A program made the position numbers and the translations under genes. A stretch of DNA of 64,000 nt from assembly GCF_011386835.1 (NCBI RefSeq), contig NC_088814.1, positions 11,532,001 to 11,596,000 of the forward strand, written 5' to 3'. Position 1 is the first letter of the stretch; each line of letters opens with the position of its first letter. The stretch comes from Chrysemys picta bellii. Taxonomy: Eukaryota. Shown piece after piece: positions 61,815-64,000 of this stretch. The notes beneath the pieces were generated by a model, which saw only the letters and a list, made by a program, of their open reading frames with translations, was not told the DNA's origin and did no database searches.

Positions 61815-64000
61815 AAAGAGACTCAGTGCCTTAACCAACCCTATAAAATGTATTCTGGAACAGCTGCTTACAGGGTGTAACTAGCTCAGGTCTTTGTCCC
61901 CTACATTTGCATTCAGGAGCTTTGACTCCTCGAAGGAATCCACTCTTCAGCATCATATTTCCTGGTCAGTTGCCAGATTTAGTCTTCAAGTGCCAAAATA
62001 AAGCGTGAATCTTCTCTTGCATGCCCTGCCTTCAAACCTCTAGCGAAAGGTTCCATGCACCCACCTTTCAATCAAAGTCACTTTCCTCAGAACGTAGTTA
62101 CATCGACTGGTAGAGTCAGCTGTCTGGAGGTGTCCTGTCAATTCTAGATCTCTCCTTGCAGTTTTTCTAGACAAAGTAGCCATCTGTCCATCTTTAGAGG
62201 TTCTGTCTAAGAACACCTCCATCTTTCATTTCTTTATATCTAATTTTCATAAACCAAAATGCCCTCAGGAATTACAGATGGCACAGTTCGTGGAAATTAC
62301 GCTTTTTAGATAACCGAAGAGCAGTCATATCTCAGCAGAACAGAAGACTCAAGAAAAATCCAATTAATTATTCAGCCTTTATGGAGGTTAAGAGAAGGGC
62401 TTGGAAGAGTCAGCACTGTCTGTCCTTCACAGGACTGGAATAGCCATTATTCCAGTCTGTATGTCTGCTATACTGACCACACCTTGCAGCACTCCTGTGC
62501 TTTCTACTAGGTCAATGACAGAAAGTAACAAGAGCTTCTTGCATTAAAATATGGAAGATCCCACCCCCCCAGCATGTATTTACTCCACACCTTCAGCCGC
62601 CACAAAGATGCCTCAGATGCTGTTTGCCGTCTGTACTGCAACCACGGCAATAGCATGTGCATAACTTGGCTCTGGTGTCTGCTGAAACATTAAACACTCT
62701 GCTGTCGAGACCTGCTCTGGGCGGGGTTAGATGGCAGAGGGCTTACAACAGAGGGGCCCTGTCCAACTGCAGAAGGAATGTAAGAGGAAGCAGGTCCCCA
62801 AGTCTGTGCAGGATTTTGGGGAGACCACTGGAGGTAGGAAGGTAGGAGGCTGTAGGGAATTATCTCGGAGTTTGGGTTCTTATCTACAGAGGGCCGGGGA
62901 CAGAGCTGGTGCCGATTCATGTAAATGGCCCTTCAGGCTGCAGTTGCTGTGATTATATGACCCCAGGCATGTCACATGCCCCAGTGGAGCCAGCACACTT
63001 CGCTAGCCGAGTGATTTTATTGCAAGTCTTGTGATATTTGGTAGGGGTTTACAGCCCCAGCTCCTGGAGTCATGTGATTAAATGAGACTCTCAGCTTTCA
63101 TTTGTTTTCCTTCAAAAAACTAAGTTTCTAGCCCTTGTCTTTGTGGAGAAAGGCTTGGAAACGTGACCCGAATACGATCTCAAGTCTCAGAACCAGAAAG
63201 CAAATAAAACAAATCTATTGTTTTTGGAAAATCTCATGATTTGATGGTTTTCTGCGGGTTTTAAATCCTCAGGCAGACAGTGCTGCTTGTCTCAGCAGTG
63301 ATACTCACTACTGCTCTTCCTAGCCCTTTTGGCTTCCTGTGATTTTCTAACATGTTTCAGAGCCCTGCAAACCAAGCAGCAGGAATAAAGGATCCTTCCT
63401 TTGCTAACAACTCCTTGGCTGTCAGCCACAACATTATTATTTATCATGTGCCTTGCATGATGCCCAGGGCCTCCCCATCATGAGCTAGGACTCCATGGCG
63501 CATGGCGCTGTACTAACACAGGACAAACAGACAGTCCCTGCCCCAAAGATCTTGCAATCTGGCTACTGCATTAGAGGAAGGGGGGTGGAAAAACCTGACA
63601 AGTGAAGCCACTTTGCCAAGATTTAAAAATCCACAGTGGTTTATCAGCTGAAGCTAGCAGGCTGGGTAGGATTCAGTGCTCTGATTGTGTAGATCCCGTT
63701 CCCCAGCCGTGAAATGATCCCAATCGGTGCAGCCATGTTAGCTATTTGTCACTCTTGGCTGGATTCTCTGGACAAACGGCCAGTGGGTTCTTTGCAAACT
63801 GTAGCTGTCAGGAGCCGGGTGATGCCTAATCGTCAGAGCCATAGCAGTCAGCCAGGAACAGCGCTGGGGGTCAGGAACCGAAGAGGGGAGCAGAGCTGGA
63901 GAAGACAGGAACAGCACGGGGAACCAGGCAGACACAGAGCAATCACAGCTGCAGACATAAGCACTGAGCAGCTAACGACCAGCTGCTGAGCTTAGAAGCA

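Noticed and set aside
62040-62260. Possible Gypsy RNase H-like motif (RWLLCLEKL...TADSTSR) on the minus strand
   Set aside because: Needs a frameshift, and no flanking RT/RNase H motifs or LTRs were found; too weak.
1-64000. Additional ASIC2 exons, CRISPR arrays, rRNA genes
   Set aside because: I looked by eye for the expected neighbouring exon peptides (e.g. ...FEAGVKVQIHSQ...) and for spacer-repeat arrays and found none.

Overview
Vertebrate intronic DNA, almost certainly from a turtle. The evidence is tortoise-type tRNA-derived SINEs sharing a CR1 tail, turtle-style CR1 LINEs, Penelope-like elements and MITEs; family assignments are from memory, not a database search. The only host coding sequence I can support is one 151-nt internal exon of ASIC2 (22908-23058, + strand). 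The rest is its flanking introns, filled with TEs of many ages: CR1 (a nested, all-sense cluster at about 40.9-52.6 kb), two RTE relics, an L1-like relic, an internally deleted and very old Gypsy provirus, solo LTRs, hAT and PIF/Harbinger MITEs, SINEs including an AmnSINE1-like relic, and minisatellites. Most notable are five Penelope-derived minimal hammerhead-ribozyme motifs. One is a structurally complete 100-bp 'ribozyme + tail' insertion with a perfect 13-bp TSD (42248-42347). Also notable are a non-autonomous DNA transposon with 5'-TACTCC termini and an apparent 6-bp TSD, and a solo LTR carrying an internal tRNA-Leu PBS-like motif. No CRISPR, rRNA or true tRNA genes are seen, and most long ORFs in the track are repeat artefacts.
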